Shown: positions 37,877-47,237 of the stretch, in pieces
Layout: each line of letters starts with the position of its first letter
Position numbering within the stretch: position 1 is the stretch's first letter
Origin: Gemmatimonadota bacterium
GTDB lineage: Bacteria > Gemmatimonadota > Gemmatimonadetes > Longimicrobiales > RSA9
Length of the DNA stretch: 64,000 bases
NCBI GenBank assembly: GCA_040882575.1
Contig: JBBEBA010000077.1
Location: forward strand, 3,426 to 67,425
Direction of reading: 5' to 3'
The notes under the pieces: generated by a model
Database searches by the model: none
Seen by the model: only the letters and a program-made list of their open reading frames with translations
Told to the model about the DNA's origin: nothing
Program-made: the position numbers and the translations under genes

Positions 37877-39574
37877 CTACACCTTGAACCCGGAGACGAG
37901 CTCCTTGAGCTTGTCTGCGGCCAGCAGCAGCTCGATGCTGGCGGCGCTCATCTCCTGCGTCGCAGCAGACTGCTGCTCCGCTGCCGCACTCACCTGCTGT
38001 GCGCTCGCCGCGTGCGACTCGGCGGCCGCGCCGACGTTGCGCACCGCATCATCGACCGTCTCGAACGCATTGCGATTGGTGTCGGCCGCCTGCGCCACGC
38101 GCTGTGCGGCGCCACTCACCTGATCGACCGCCGTAACGATCTCCTCGAACGCGGCCTCGACGCCCTTCGACGTCTCCTCGACGCCCGACACGCGCGCGAA
38201 CCCGACTTCCATGGTCTTCACGAAGGAGTCGATCTGCTCGCGGATCTGGCTCACCGTCGTATCGACCTCGAACGCGGCGCGGGCGCTGCCGTCTGCGAGC
38301 TTCCGCACCTCATCGGCGACGACGGCGAAGCCGCGACCATGCTCGCCCGCACGAGCGGCCTCGATCGCGGCGTTCAGGGCGAGCAGGTTCGTCTGCCGCG
38401 CAATGCCCTGGATGGTGCCGACGAACGCGGAAATTTTCTCCGACGCCTGCTCCAGCGCGTGCGCCTCCTGTGCCGAGCTCGCCACTACCTCGCGCAGCTC
38501 GAGCAGCATCGACAGCGCACGGCTCACATCCTCGCGGCGGTTGCCGGCGAGCAGGCCGATACGCGTGCTCAGCTCGACGACCTGCTTCGACGCCTGCTCG
38601 ATGTCGCCCGCGCCTTCGCGCATGCGCTCGAGCGCCTGATCCACGGTGCGCAGGCCGAACGCCTGTTCCTCGGCGCCGTTCGTGATGCCGACCATCGCAG
38701 TCGACACCTCGCCGCTCGACGCGGCGACCTCCTCGGAGATGCTCGACAGGTCCGACGCCGACTGGCCGACCTGGTTCGCCGTGCGCACGGTCTCGCCGAC
38801 GATGATGCGGAACCGATCCGCCATGCCGGTGAACGCACCTGCCAGGACGCGGAACTCGTCGGGCATGTTGCCATTGATCGACACGTTCAGGTCGCCACCG
38901 CCGAACTGGTTCGCCGCAGCGACCAGCCGGTTCAGCGGGCGTTCGATCGCCTGCAGCGTGTAGTAGCCGAGCACGCCCGCAATCAACAGGCTGACTGCGA
39001 GTATCAGGCGGAGCAGGCCCTTCTGCCGCTCGGCGCGTTCCTCGAGCTCGGTCGCGCGCTGCTCGACCGCCCTCATCTCGGCCAGGTTGACCTGCCGGAT
39101 CTGACCGCGGATCGAGCGCATCGCCGGTTCGAGACCGCTGACCCGCGCCACCGCCGCGCCGGTCGAGCCGGCGCGCGCTTCGGCCATGGCGGTTTCGATC
39201 TCGCGTCCGACCGCCGTATTCGCGCTCGACGCCGCCGTGAGCTGCTCGAGCGAGCGCCCCTCGAGCCCGAGCAGCTGCAGCAGCCCGGAGCGCGACTCGT
39301 GCGCGAGCGCGAGCGAACGCGCGAGCGACGCGGTGTCACCCGTGATCACGAAATGCTGCGCTTCGCTCGTCTGGTCCGCGACCTGTCCCTCCACACGCAT
39401 GACCAGACCGATGCGGTTCTGAAGCACGGTCAGCTCGTTGCCCATTTCGACCGTGAAGTCCGTGAGCGTCCTGCTGCTGACCAGGTAGATGATCAGCATG
39501 CCGAGCGCGCCCAGCGCCAGGGCCGATAGCAGGAGACCCTGGATCCGGTCGAAATATGCGCGAATACGATTCAT
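37877..39574 (-). CDS. Methyl-accepting chemotaxis protein (TM-sensor-TM-HAMP-signalling domain)
   Basis: Internal ATG at 39574 ([30 protein letters not shown]). HAMP region, then the highly conserved [32 protein letters not shown]. Confidence 0.9.
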   Translation of the reverse strand: MNRIRAYFDRIQGLLLSALALGALGMLIIYLVSSRTLTDFTVEMGNELTVLQNRIGLVMRVEGQVADQTSEAQHFVITGDTASLARSLALAHESRSGLLQLLGLEGRSLEQLTAASSANTAVGREIETAMAEARAGSTGAAVARVSGLEPAMRSIRGQIRQVNLAEMRAVEQRATELEERAERQKGLLRLILAVSLLIAGVLGYYTLQAIERPLNRLVAAANQFGGGDLNVSINGNMPDEFRVLAGAFTGMADRFRIIVGETVRTANQVGQSASDLSSISEEVAASSGEVSTAMVGITNGAEEQAFGLRTVDQALERMREGAGDIEQASKQVVELSTRIGLLAGNRREDVSRALSMLLELREVVASSAQEAHALEQASEKISAFVGTIQGIARQTNLLALNAAIEAARAGEHGRGFAVVADEVRKLADGSARAAFEVDTTVSQIREQIDSFVKTMEVGFARVSGVEETSKGVEAAFEEIVTAVDQVSGAAQRVAQAADTNRNAFETVDDAVRNVGAAAESHAASAQQVSAAAEQQSAATQEMSAASIELLLAADKLKELVSGFKV

Positions 39575-39662
39575 TTTGTCTGGTTCGATTACGACTCCGG
39601 GAGGACGTGGTAAATTGCCGGTGCCGCTTGCGGCTGTCAACTCCGGAGTGGAACTTGTAGCC

Positions 39663-40352
39663 ATGGCCGACAGACCATTGCCACAGCAGAACCTGAAGCA
39701 GCAGCGGGAGCGCACCATCCAGCTGCTGTGCGACGGGTTCGCGCAGGACCGTCTGGAGCTGGCGGATTTCGAGGCGCGGCTGGATGTCGCCAATCGTGCA
39801 GCGACGGTGGCCGATCTGGACGCACTGACGAGTGATCTGCCGGCCGTCCGCACGGCGGCCCCCGCTGCAGCACGGGGCGCGGTCGAACGCGGCAGCCGCG
39901 CGGCCCGTAACGCCGTTCAGGACAGCCGCACACTCATCGCCGTCATGGGCGGCGTGGAGCGGCGCGGTCCCTGGAAGCCGTCACGGAAGACGTTCGCGCT
40001 CGCCGTGATGGGCGGCGTCTCGCTCGACTTCCGCGACGTGGAGATGCCCGCCGGCCAGACCGAGGTTCATCTGTTCTGCTTCATGGGCGGTGCGGAGATA
40101 ATCGTGCCGCCCGGCCTCGCCGTGGACGCGACTGGCGTGGCCATCATGGGCGGCTTCGAGCACGCCTCCGCGCCCGGCTCACCCGGCCCCGATACTCCAG
40201 TCCTGCGGATCGACGGCCTCTGTATCATGGGTGGCGTCGAGATCGCAGTGCGCGAACGCGGCGAGTCCGAGCGCGACGCACGGCTGCGCCAGCGCCAGGA
40301 GAAGAAGACGCTGCGCGAACGCGCCCGCCAGCAGCGCCCGGGCGCGGAGTAG
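39663..40352 (+). CDS. DUF1707 plus LiaF-like (DUF2154) domain protein
   Basis: ATG at 39663. [28 protein letters not shown]...[10 protein letters not shown] (DUF1707 pattern). Repeated MGG(V/A)E beta-strand units then match the LiaF C-terminal domain pattern. Confidence 0.65.
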   Translation: MADRPLPQQNLKQQRERTIQLLCDGFAQDRLELADFEARLDVANRAATVADLDALTSDLPAVRTAAPAAARGAVERGSRAARNAVQDSRTLIAVMGGVERRGPWKPSRKTFALAVMGGVSLDFRDVEMPAGQTEVHLFCFMGGAEIIVPPGLAVDATGVAIMGGFEHASAPGSPGPDTPVLRIDGLCIMGGVEIAVRERGESERDARLRQRQEKKTLRERARQQRPGAE

Positions 40353-40361
40353 CCGGCCCCG

Positions 40362-42272
40362 TTGGCTGACTCGGCGGCACACACGGCGGAAGAGGAAGCG
40401 CTCGGCAAAGCCTACGACGGCCGGCTGATGCGACGGCTGCTGGGGTACATGCAGCCGTACCGCTGGCGCGTCGCGACGGCCATCCTGCTGCTGATTGCCG
40501 CGGCCGCCATGGAGCTGGCGGGCCCGCTGCTCACGAAGGTGGCACTCGACCGCGCAATCCCCACTGGCGACACGGGGCTGCTGCTCACGCTCTCGGCCGC
40601 ACTGCTTGGGGCTCTCTTTGCCTCGTTCCTGCTCGAGGCCGGCCAGACGATCCTCACGACCTGGCTCGGGCAGCACGCGATGTACGACCTGCGCGCGCAG
40701 ATCTTCGCGCACCTGCAGCGCCTGCCGCTCCCGTACTACGACCGCAACCCCGTCGGCCGTACGATGACGCGCGTCACGAGCGACGTCGAGGTGCTCAACG
40801 AGCTGTTCAGCTCAGGCGTCGTGACCATCTTCGGCGATGTGTTCACGCTCGTCTTCATCACGGGCGCAATGCTGCTGCTGGACTGGCGGCTCGCGCTCGT
40901 CACCCTCGCCGTCATGCCGTTCGTATTCGCCACGGCGATCATCTTCCGCAGCCGCATTCGCGAGGCCTACCGCGACGTCCGCGTGCGACTCGCCCGCATC
41001 AACGCGTTTCTGCAGGAGCACATCTCCGGCGTGACCGTCGTGCAGCTGTTCGGCCGCGAGCGCGCCGCGACGGCGCAGTTCCACGAGGTCAATCAGCATT
41101 ACCTCGCCGCACACCTGCGCTCCATCACGTACTACGCGCTCTTCTTCCCCGTCATCGAGGTGCTCACCGCAATCGCACTCGCCGTCATCATCACCTACGG
41201 CGGTATCGAGATCATGGGCGGCGCCGTCAGCGTCGGAACGGTCGCCGCATTCCTCCAGTTCGCCCGGCGCTTCTTCCGCCCGATCCAGGACCTGTCGGAG
41301 AAGTACAACATGCTGCAGGGCGCGATGGCGTCGTCGGAGCGCATCTTCAATCTGCTCGACACGCCCGCCGCACGGAGCCCCGCGCCGGACCGGCTGGTAC
41401 ATCTGCCCGTGCCGGGACGCGGCGAGATCGAGTTCCGCAATGTCTGGTTCGCGTACATCGAGGAGGAGTGGGTGCTCCGCGATGTCAGCTTCCGCGCCGC
41501 GCCCGGCGAGCGCATCGCCGTTGTCGGTCACACCGGTGCCGGCAAGACGACCCTGATCAGCCTGCTGCTCGGCTTCTACGAGCCGCAGCGCGGCGAAATC
41601 CTGTTCGACGGCGTGCCGATCCGCGACGTTCCGGCCGGCGAGCTGCGCGACCGGATCGGACTGGTACTCCAGGACGTGTTCCTCTTCAGCCGCGACATTC
41701 AGTACAACATCAGGCTCGGCCGCAACGACATCGACGACGAACGCGTTCGCCGCGCCGCGCGGCGCGTCGGCGCGGACACCTTCATTGGGCGCCTGCCCCA
41801 CGGGTACGATGAGCCGCTCGGCGAGCGCGGCGCTTCGCTCTCGGCTGGCGAGCGGCAGCTGCTGTCGTTCGCGCGCGCACTCGCGTATGATCCGCAGGTG
41901 CTGATTCTCGACGAGGCGACCAGCTCCGTGGACTCTGTGCTCGAGCAGCACATCGACGACGCGCTCGCGACGCTGATGGAGGGCCGGACATCGCTCGTCA
42001 TCGCGCACCGGCTGTCCACGGTACAGAACGCAGACCGCATCGTGGTCCTGCACCATGGCGAGCTGCGCGAGGAGGGCACCCATGCGGAGCTGCTGCGCCG
42101 CGGCGGCCTGTACGCCCGTCTCTATGAGCTGCAGTTCGAGCGCCGGGCGCCTGCCGCAGCCGCTACCCCGGACGGCACCGGGGCACCCGTCCCGGGACCC
42201 ACCCATGGCTCAGTTCTTGCCCCCAATCCACCTCACCAGCCCGCGGCGGAAGCCGCCGAGGAAGCCTCATGA
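40362..42272 (+). CDS. ABC exporter, fused permease and ATPase (MsbA/type I exporter-like)
   Basis: Six TM helices, Walker A GHTGAGKTT, signature LSAGERQLL, Walker B LILDEATS. TTG start at 40362. Confidence 0.9.
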   Translation: MADSAAHTAEEEALGKAYDGRLMRRLLGYMQPYRWRVATAILLLIAAAAMELAGPLLTKVALDRAIPTGDTGLLLTLSAALLGALFASFLLEAGQTILTTWLGQHAMYDLRAQIFAHLQRLPLPYYDRNPVGRTMTRVTSDVEVLNELFSSGVVTIFGDVFTLVFITGAMLLLDWRLALVTLAVMPFVFATAIIFRSRIREAYRDVRVRLARINAFLQEHISGVTVVQLFGRERAATAQFHEVNQHYLAAHLRSITYYALFFPVIEVLTAIALAVIITYGGIEIMGGAVSVGTVAAFLQFARRFFRPIQDLSEKYNMLQGAMASSERIFNLLDTPAARSPAPDRLVHLPVPGRGEIEFRNVWFAYIEEEWVLRDVSFRAAPGERIAVVGHTGAGKTTLISLLLGFYEPQRGEILFDGVPIRDVPAGELRDRIGLVLQDVFLFSRDIQYNIRLGRNDIDDERVRRAARRVGADTFIGRLPHGYDEPLGERGASLSAGERQLLSFARALAYDPQVLILDEATSSVDSVLEQHIDDALATLMEGRTSLVIAHRLSTVQNADRIVVLHHGELREEGTHAELLRRGGLYARLYELQFERRAPAAAATPDGTGAPVPGPTHGSVLAPNPPHQPAAEAAEEAS

Positions 42273-42433
42273 GAGCCGGCCTGGCGCTGATCGTCTTCAT
42301 CATTAACGTGGCCGCCATCGTATCGATCCTCGGCGCGCGTGACGCCACCCGCCGGAAACGGGCGTGGTGCGCGGCTGTCGTGCTGCTTCCGATCGTCGGT
42401 GCGGTCGGTTGGCTGACCCTGGGGAAACGGTGA
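42269..42433 (+). CDS. 54-aa PLD_N-type (phospholipase-D/nuclease N-terminal domain) small membrane protein; not in the supplied track
   Basis: ATG at 42269 overlaps the ABC stop (ATGA). MRAGLALIVFIINVAAIVSILGARDATRRKRAWCAAVVLLPIVGAVGWLTLGKR has two TM helices and the ...W..vvlllP.vG...Y/W...G.R pattern. GC3-rich. Ends 4 nt before the next gene. Confidence 0.65.
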   Translation: MRAGLALIVFIINVAAIVSILGARDATRRKRAWCAAVVLLPIVGAVGWLTLGKR

Positions 42434-42437
42434 GATC

Positions 42438-42824
42438 ATGGCCGATATTTCGGTGCTGGTGGTGGACGACGATCCCAACGCGCTCGACATCGTGAAGACG
42501 TTTCTCGAGTCGAAGGGCTACCTGGTCGCGACCGCGAAGGACGGCAACGAGGCGCTGGCGCAGCTGGAGGATGTGAACCCGGCACTCGTGCTGCTCGACG
42601 TGATGATGCCCGGCATGGACGGCTGGGAAGTCGCGCGGGTGATCAAGAATCATCCCAGCTTCGGCAACACCCGGGTGGTCATGCTGACGGCGCGGAGCGA
42701 TTTCGCGGACAAGCACGAGGGTCTGCGCGCCGGCGCTGACGACTACATTGTCAAGCCGATTCAGCTTACCGAGCTGGGTGAGCGTGTCGAGCGGAACCTG
42801 AAGGCGCGAGAGAAGACCGCGTGA
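42438..42824 (+). CDS. Stand-alone response-regulator receiver (CheY-like)
   Basis: ISVLVVDDDPN...LVLLDVMMPGMDG...MLTAR...GADDYIVKP. Confidence 0.92.
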   Translation: MADISVLVVDDDPNALDIVKTFLESKGYLVATAKDGNEALAQLEDVNPALVLLDVMMPGMDGWEVARVIKNHPSFGNTRVVMLTARSDFADKHEGLRAGADDYIVKPIQLTELGERVERNLKAREKTA

Positions 42825-44575
42825 GGATCGTGGCTCAGGTGCAGGACACCGCTCTGCGCGAGCTGATCGGTGAGCTCGGTGCTTCGTTGAGCGCCGAGGT
42901 TCTCGACGGTACGGACGCGCTGTCGGCCAACGGCACGGCGCCGTCGGAGACTCCGGACGTGATCGTGGTCGAGATCGGCCTGGATACGGACGTGCACCGG
43001 CTGCGCTCGCAGGCGCGGCGACTCAACGCCGCCTTGCTCTTCGTCTGCCAGAATGACGACGACTGTCCGAATCTTGCGCTCGCCGACGCCGACGACTGGC
43101 TGATGCTGCCGGCAACGGCCGATGAGCTGCGCATCCGCGTCAGCATTGCGCAGCGCCGCTCGCGCGGGGTCGAGTCGGTGCGCGACACCGCGGATGCGGC
43201 GGAGCTGATCCGCTACGAAGAGCTGCTCTACGACAAGCTGACCGGCTTCCCCACCCTGCCTGTCATGATCGACCGGGCGCGCGAGCTGCTCGAACGCCGC
43301 GGCGAGCTGACCGTGCTCTACATCCACTTCGTCTGGTACGAGAAGATCGAGGAGATCTACGGCTGGCAGAAGCTGGATGACGTGCTCGAGACCACCGCCC
43401 AGGCGGTTCGCCAGTTCTACGCCGACGAGCATGCTACCGGCGAGAACATGATGATGGTCTCCCACATTGCCGACGACGACTTCATCCTCTTCACGGAAGT
43501 CCCGTCCACGCCGCAGGCGGCCGAGCACCGGCTGCGCATGATCTCCGAGCGGCTCGAGGGCTTCCTCCGGAGCAACGTCGAGGACGGACACGGCGACGAC
43601 ATCGCGGCACTGTGCGGCATCTACGTGGGCGCGGCGACCGTATTCCGCAACCCGAAGATCCGGACCGAGCGGCTGCTGTACCGCGGAATCCGGGAGGCGG
43701 CGCAGGCCGCGCGTGGCGCCGAGGACTGGGAACGCTCGCGCAAGGTGACCGACCTGAAATCGACGATCCGGGACGGCGCAGTCTTCATCGAGTACCACCC
43801 GATCATCATCACCGACAGCGAGGAGATCTACGGCTTCGAAGCGCTGGCGCGCGGCGTCCGTCGCGAGCTGCGCTCGCCGGAAGTGCTGTTCGAGGTGGCC
43901 GAGGAGGCGAACATGGTGTGGGAGCTCAGCCGGCTGCTGCGCCGCCGCGCCGTGTCCGGCATCATCGAGGAGCTGAAGCACGGCCAGTTCCTCTTCCTCA
44001 ACATCGACCCGCACGACTTCGACGACCCGACGTTCCGCAACCTGGATCCGGCTGACCTCGGCATCGCCGACCCGAGCCGGGTCGTGCTCGAGATCACCGA
44101 ACGCACGGCGATCAAGGACTACCCGAAGTTCCAGGAGTACCTGAAGGCGTTCCGCGATCGCGGCTTCAAGTTCGCCGTGGACGACGCGGGCAGCGGCTAC
44201 GCGGGACTCGGCTCGATCGCGAACCTCGAGCCCGACTACATCAAGCTCGACATCTCGCTGATCGCCAACATCGACACTAACTTCCTGAAGCAGAACCTCG
44301 TCGAGACCATGGTGACGTTCGCGAACGGCCAGGGCGCGATGGTCATTGCGGAGGGCGTCGAGCGGCGGGAAGAGTTCGAGACGGTCAAGCAGCTGGGCGT
44401 GCACCTCACGCAGGGCTTCCTGTTCCACCGCCCACGCTATGCAGGACTGCCCGCGGTGAAGAAGACATCGCACGTGTCGCACGCGTCCAACCGGCGCGAC
44501 CACGAGACCAGCATGGGCGCCTCGGCGCTCGCCAGGGACGAGGCCGCTGCCAGGGGATCGACCGGCGGCGACTGA
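42821..44575 (+). CDS. Pseudo-receiver / degenerate GGDEF / EAL-domain protein (probable c-di-GMP phosphodiesterase)
   Basis: GTG overlaps the RR stop. The N-terminal REC-like fold has E in place of the acceptor Asp (VIVVEIG). The GGDEF position reads ADDDF. EAL domain motifs are intact: YGFEALARG, NIDPHDF, EITER, DDAGSGYAGL, IKLD, AEGVE, QGF. Confidence 0.88.
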   Translation: MRIVAQVQDTALRELIGELGASLSAEVLDGTDALSANGTAPSETPDVIVVEIGLDTDVHRLRSQARRLNAALLFVCQNDDDCPNLALADADDWLMLPATADELRIRVSIAQRRSRGVESVRDTADAAELIRYEELLYDKLTGFPTLPVMIDRARELLERRGELTVLYIHFVWYEKIEEIYGWQKLDDVLETTAQAVRQFYADEHATGENMMMVSHIADDDFILFTEVPSTPQAAEHRLRMISERLEGFLRSNVEDGHGDDIAALCGIYVGAATVFRNPKIRTERLLYRGIREAAQAARGAEDWERSRKVTDLKSTIRDGAVFIEYHPIIITDSEEIYGFEALARGVRRELRSPEVLFEVAEEANMVWELSRLLRRRAVSGIIEELKHGQFLFLNIDPHDFDDPTFRNLDPADLGIADPSRVVLEITERTAIKDYPKFQEYLKAFRDRGFKFAVDDAGSGYAGLGSIANLEPDYIKLDISLIANIDTNFLKQNLVETMVTFANGQGAMVIAEGVERREEFETVKQLGVHLTQGFLFHRPRYAGLPAVKKTSHVSHASNRRDHETSMGASALARDEAAARGSTGGD

Positions 44576-44645
44576 TCGGCCGATTCAGCTATCGCAGGCT
44601 GAAATCGCAGATTGCGACCGTCCGGGGGAACCGCTCCCCGCGCGA

Positions 44646-45643
44646 TCAGGCTCTGTTCGCAGGAATTGTGGATGGCCCGTGCGTCCATTCCTTCGCCCCA
44701 CTCGACGTCACACACTTCCCTCATGCACACTCCACCGGTACCTGATGCCGAACTCGCCGTCATTCGCATCGTCCGCGACGGCCGCTTTGCGAGCGGCTTC
44801 GTCTGTCCGCGATGTGGCTGCGGCCGTGTCGTACGATGGGGCGGATTCTCCGGCCGGCAGCGGTACCGCTGCCGCGGCTGCCGCCGCACGTTCAGCGACC
44901 TGACGAGTACCGTCTTCGCGTATTCCAAGAGGCTTTCACGCTGGCCTCAGTACATGGCGGAGTTTCGCCAGTCCGCCACCTTGCGGGGATCGGCCGCAGA
45001 AACGCGGCTCCATCTCAGCACCGCGTTCCGCTGGCGACACGCACTGCTCGGCGCGATGGGAGTCCGCGAGCATATCAGCCTCGCGGGCACCATCGAGTAC
45101 ACGCAAATGGGCTTCTCATACTCCGAGAAGGGCGCTCGCGACGTCGACAATCCGCGACGTCGCGGCATGCGGGGGCGTGGCTGGGAATGGTATCAGACGG
45201 AGCGGGCCGACGCCGCCCTGCTGTACGGCCGTGCCGGCACGGCGTTCGGCTGCACGCTGCTGCCGTCGTGGCGAGCCAGCATCGACACGCTGGTGCTGCC
45301 GAAACTGGCGGAGCGGTGCACGATCATGAGCTCGGATCTGCCGCTGGGTCGCATGTCGATGGCGGCGCGGCGGGGTGGGCATCAACACGTGACAGTGTCG
45401 GGGCGCGGGCGCTATGCGCCGGACGGCGTACGGCACCTCGAGAACGTGAGCGCGTACGCCGGGCGACTGAGGCAATGGATCATGCGATTCCGCGGAGTGG
45501 CCACACGGTATCTGGACAACTACCTGCTGTGGCACAGAGCGGTTGATCCGGAGCTCGGGATGACCTGGGTGATGGCCCTGGTACGTGGCGTATCCCGCGC
45601 TCCGCCCTGACTGCCATCAACAGTCTCCGCGAACAGAGCCTGA
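44646..45643 (+). mobile_element. IS1595-family insertion sequence (998 bp) with perfect 15-bp terminal inverted repeats
   Basis: TCAGGCTCTGTTCGC at 44646-44660 and its exact reverse complement at 45629-45643 bracket the transposase ORF. No clean target-site duplication is seen. Confidence 0.75.
44672..45610 (+). CDS. IS1595-family (ISXO2-like) transposase
   Basis: N-terminal zinc ribbon FVCPRCGCGRVVRWGG..QRYRCRGCRRTFSDLTSTVF..SKRLSRWPQYM. C-terminal ...HLENV...RFRGVATRYLDNYLLW, typical of the family. Start is uncertain (44612, 44672 or 44723); 44672 is the first ATG inside the IR. Confidence 0.75.
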   Translation: MARASIPSPHSTSHTSLMHTPPVPDAELAVIRIVRDGRFASGFVCPRCGCGRVVRWGGFSGRQRYRCRGCRRTFSDLTSTVFAYSKRLSRWPQYMAEFRQSATLRGSAAETRLHLSTAFRWRHALLGAMGVREHISLAGTIEYTQMGFSYSEKGARDVDNPRRRGMRGRGWEWYQTERADAALLYGRAGTAFGCTLLPSWRASIDTLVLPKLAERCTIMSSDLPLGRMSMAARRGGHQHVTVSGRGRYAPDGVRHLENVSAYAGRLRQWIMRFRGVATRYLDNYLLWHRAVDPELGMTWVMALVRGVSRAPP

Positions 45644-45761
45644 CGCCGTGAGGAGTCGTTGATGGGCGGCGGCGGCATGGGCGGCGGGGGCCGCAGCGCG
45701 ACCGCTGCATTTCAGACCCGCTCAATTCTCAACCGGTCAAAGACTTGCGCCTCGAGCGGTC

Positions 45762-47183
45762 TCACCGCCCGGACTGCCGGAACCGGCTCGTATCAGCGCC
45801 AGTCCCGTCCACACGGACCGGGACACCGAGCAGCCCGTCAGACCGCTTCACCGGCCGCTCGACCGCCGGGACCTCCAGGCTGGCGAAATGCGGCACCACA
45901 CCATCGGCCGTCGCGAGCGCCGCGACCGTGTAATTGCTGCCGGGGTGCCACAGCACCCATTCCTTCACACCCTCGGAGTGAACGGCGTCGATCTGCGCGC
46001 GCACATGTGCAGCGCCGTAGCGCGGCTGACCTAGCGTGAAGTCCTGCAGCCACGGGCGGATCAAGGCGGCGTTCTCAATGCCGGCGTTGCGGCGCACGGC
46101 ATGCCGGATCGCCGTCGCCACGGTCTCGAACGGCTGCGCGTTCGGGTGCGCGATGCCGTAAGAGCCCTTCGCGTAGTGCGACGGGTACACCATCGGCAGC
46201 AGCACGTCCGTCGCGTCCGCCATCTTCTCCCAGTACTGGCCGATGCCCATGTCCGTGCCCGCCGACGTGGTCAGGCCGAACACGTCGGCCGTGACCGGCG
46301 CATCGTACTTCGCGAGCTGCTGCCGCGAGTAGAGCAGGAACGCCCGGATGCCATCGGCCTTCGTGCGCCCTTCCTGCGCCGGCCAGGCTGCAGTGCGCAT
46401 GAGCGCCTGGGGCACGTCGGGGAAGCGGACGTAATCCCACTGCACTTCGGCGAAGCCGAGCTCCAGCGCCTCACGCGCCAGGGCGATGTTGTAGTCCCAC
46501 ACCTTGCGATTGAACGAGTCGACCCACCGATGCCCGTCCCGATCCTGCCACTCGCCGCCGTTCACGTGCTGCACCGACAGCTCGGAATAGGCATCGGCCA
46601 GGACGGCGTCCCGGAACACGACAATGCGCGCAATCGGATAGATGCCGGCTTCGCGCAGCTTGCGCAGCATGCCGCGCACGTCGCCGATGAATGCGCGATC
46701 GGCGCCGATCGCGCCCGCCAGCGGCACCCGCGAGCGGTAGCTGACTTCGCCGCCTTCCTTCACGTCGATGACGAACGAGTTGATTTCGGTCCGGTTCGCA
46801 ATGTCTATCAGCTTCGCCAGCTTCGCCGTCGAGCCCGCCGCCCACGCGTTCAGGTACAGGCCCCGGACCGCGTCCGGCTTGCGCATGCGCGGCGCGCCAT
46901 CGGTGATCGGCTGGAATGCGAACATCGCGTCCGTGATCGGCGGCAGCTGGGAACCGTCACCCGCAGCCGTCAGCGCTGCGGCATCAGCTGCCGCAGCAGC
47001 GGCAGCAACGGCTTCGCCCGATCCCGGCTCAGTGGACGCCGCCTCGGTCGCGGCGGCCGCATCAGCCGCGGTGTCCGGCGCGGGCGCAGTTCTGGAGAAC
47101 GCAGCAAACGCGACGACCAGCACCGTCAACGCGCCGGCGGCGATGCCGGTTCGCTTATTACCTAACTCGTTGAAGTCAAACAC
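45762..47183 (-). CDS. Putative glycoside hydrolase-like TIM-barrel protein (DUF4015/GHL type) with an N-terminal membrane anchor
   Basis: GTG start. TM anchor followed by an Ala-rich linker. RGLYLNAWAAG...INSFVIDVKE..G...IARIVVFRD...GFAEVQWDYVRFP...PMVYPSHY resembles the family annotated as 'putative glycoside hydrolase'. Confidence 0.6.
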   Translation of the reverse strand: MFDFNELGNKRTGIAAGALTVLVVAFAAFSRTAPAPDTAADAAAATEAASTEPGSGEAVAAAAAAADAAALTAAGDGSQLPPITDAMFAFQPITDGAPRMRKPDAVRGLYLNAWAAGSTAKLAKLIDIANRTEINSFVIDVKEGGEVSYRSRVPLAGAIGADRAFIGDVRGMLRKLREAGIYPIARIVVFRDAVLADAYSELSVQHVNGGEWQDRDGHRWVDSFNRKVWDYNIALAREALELGFAEVQWDYVRFPDVPQALMRTAAWPAQEGRTKADGIRAFLLYSRQQLAKYDAPVTADVFGLTTSAGTDMGIGQYWEKMADATDVLLPMVYPSHYAKGSYGIAHPNAQPFETVATAIRHAVRRNAGIENAALIRPWLQDFTLGQPRYGAAHVRAQIDAVHSEGVKEWVLWHPGSNYTVAALATADGVVPHFASLEVPAVERPVKRSDGLLGVPVRVDGTGADTSRFRQSGR

Positions 47184-47237
47184 TCTATGCCGCTCCTGCC
47201 TAGGTACACAACCTCTACCCCGGTGATGGGCCAGGGT

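Noticed and set aside
44638-45651. 8-bp target-site duplication flanking the IS1595-family element
   Set aside because: The flanking octamers CCGCGCGA and CGCCGTGA match at only 5 of 8 positions, so no duplication can be claimed.
45659-46039. Gly-rich ORF MMGGGGMGGGGRSATAAF...
   Set aside because: It starts in the spacer and is mostly antisense to the 3' end of the glycoside-hydrolase-like gene. It is low-complexity and has no supporting signals.
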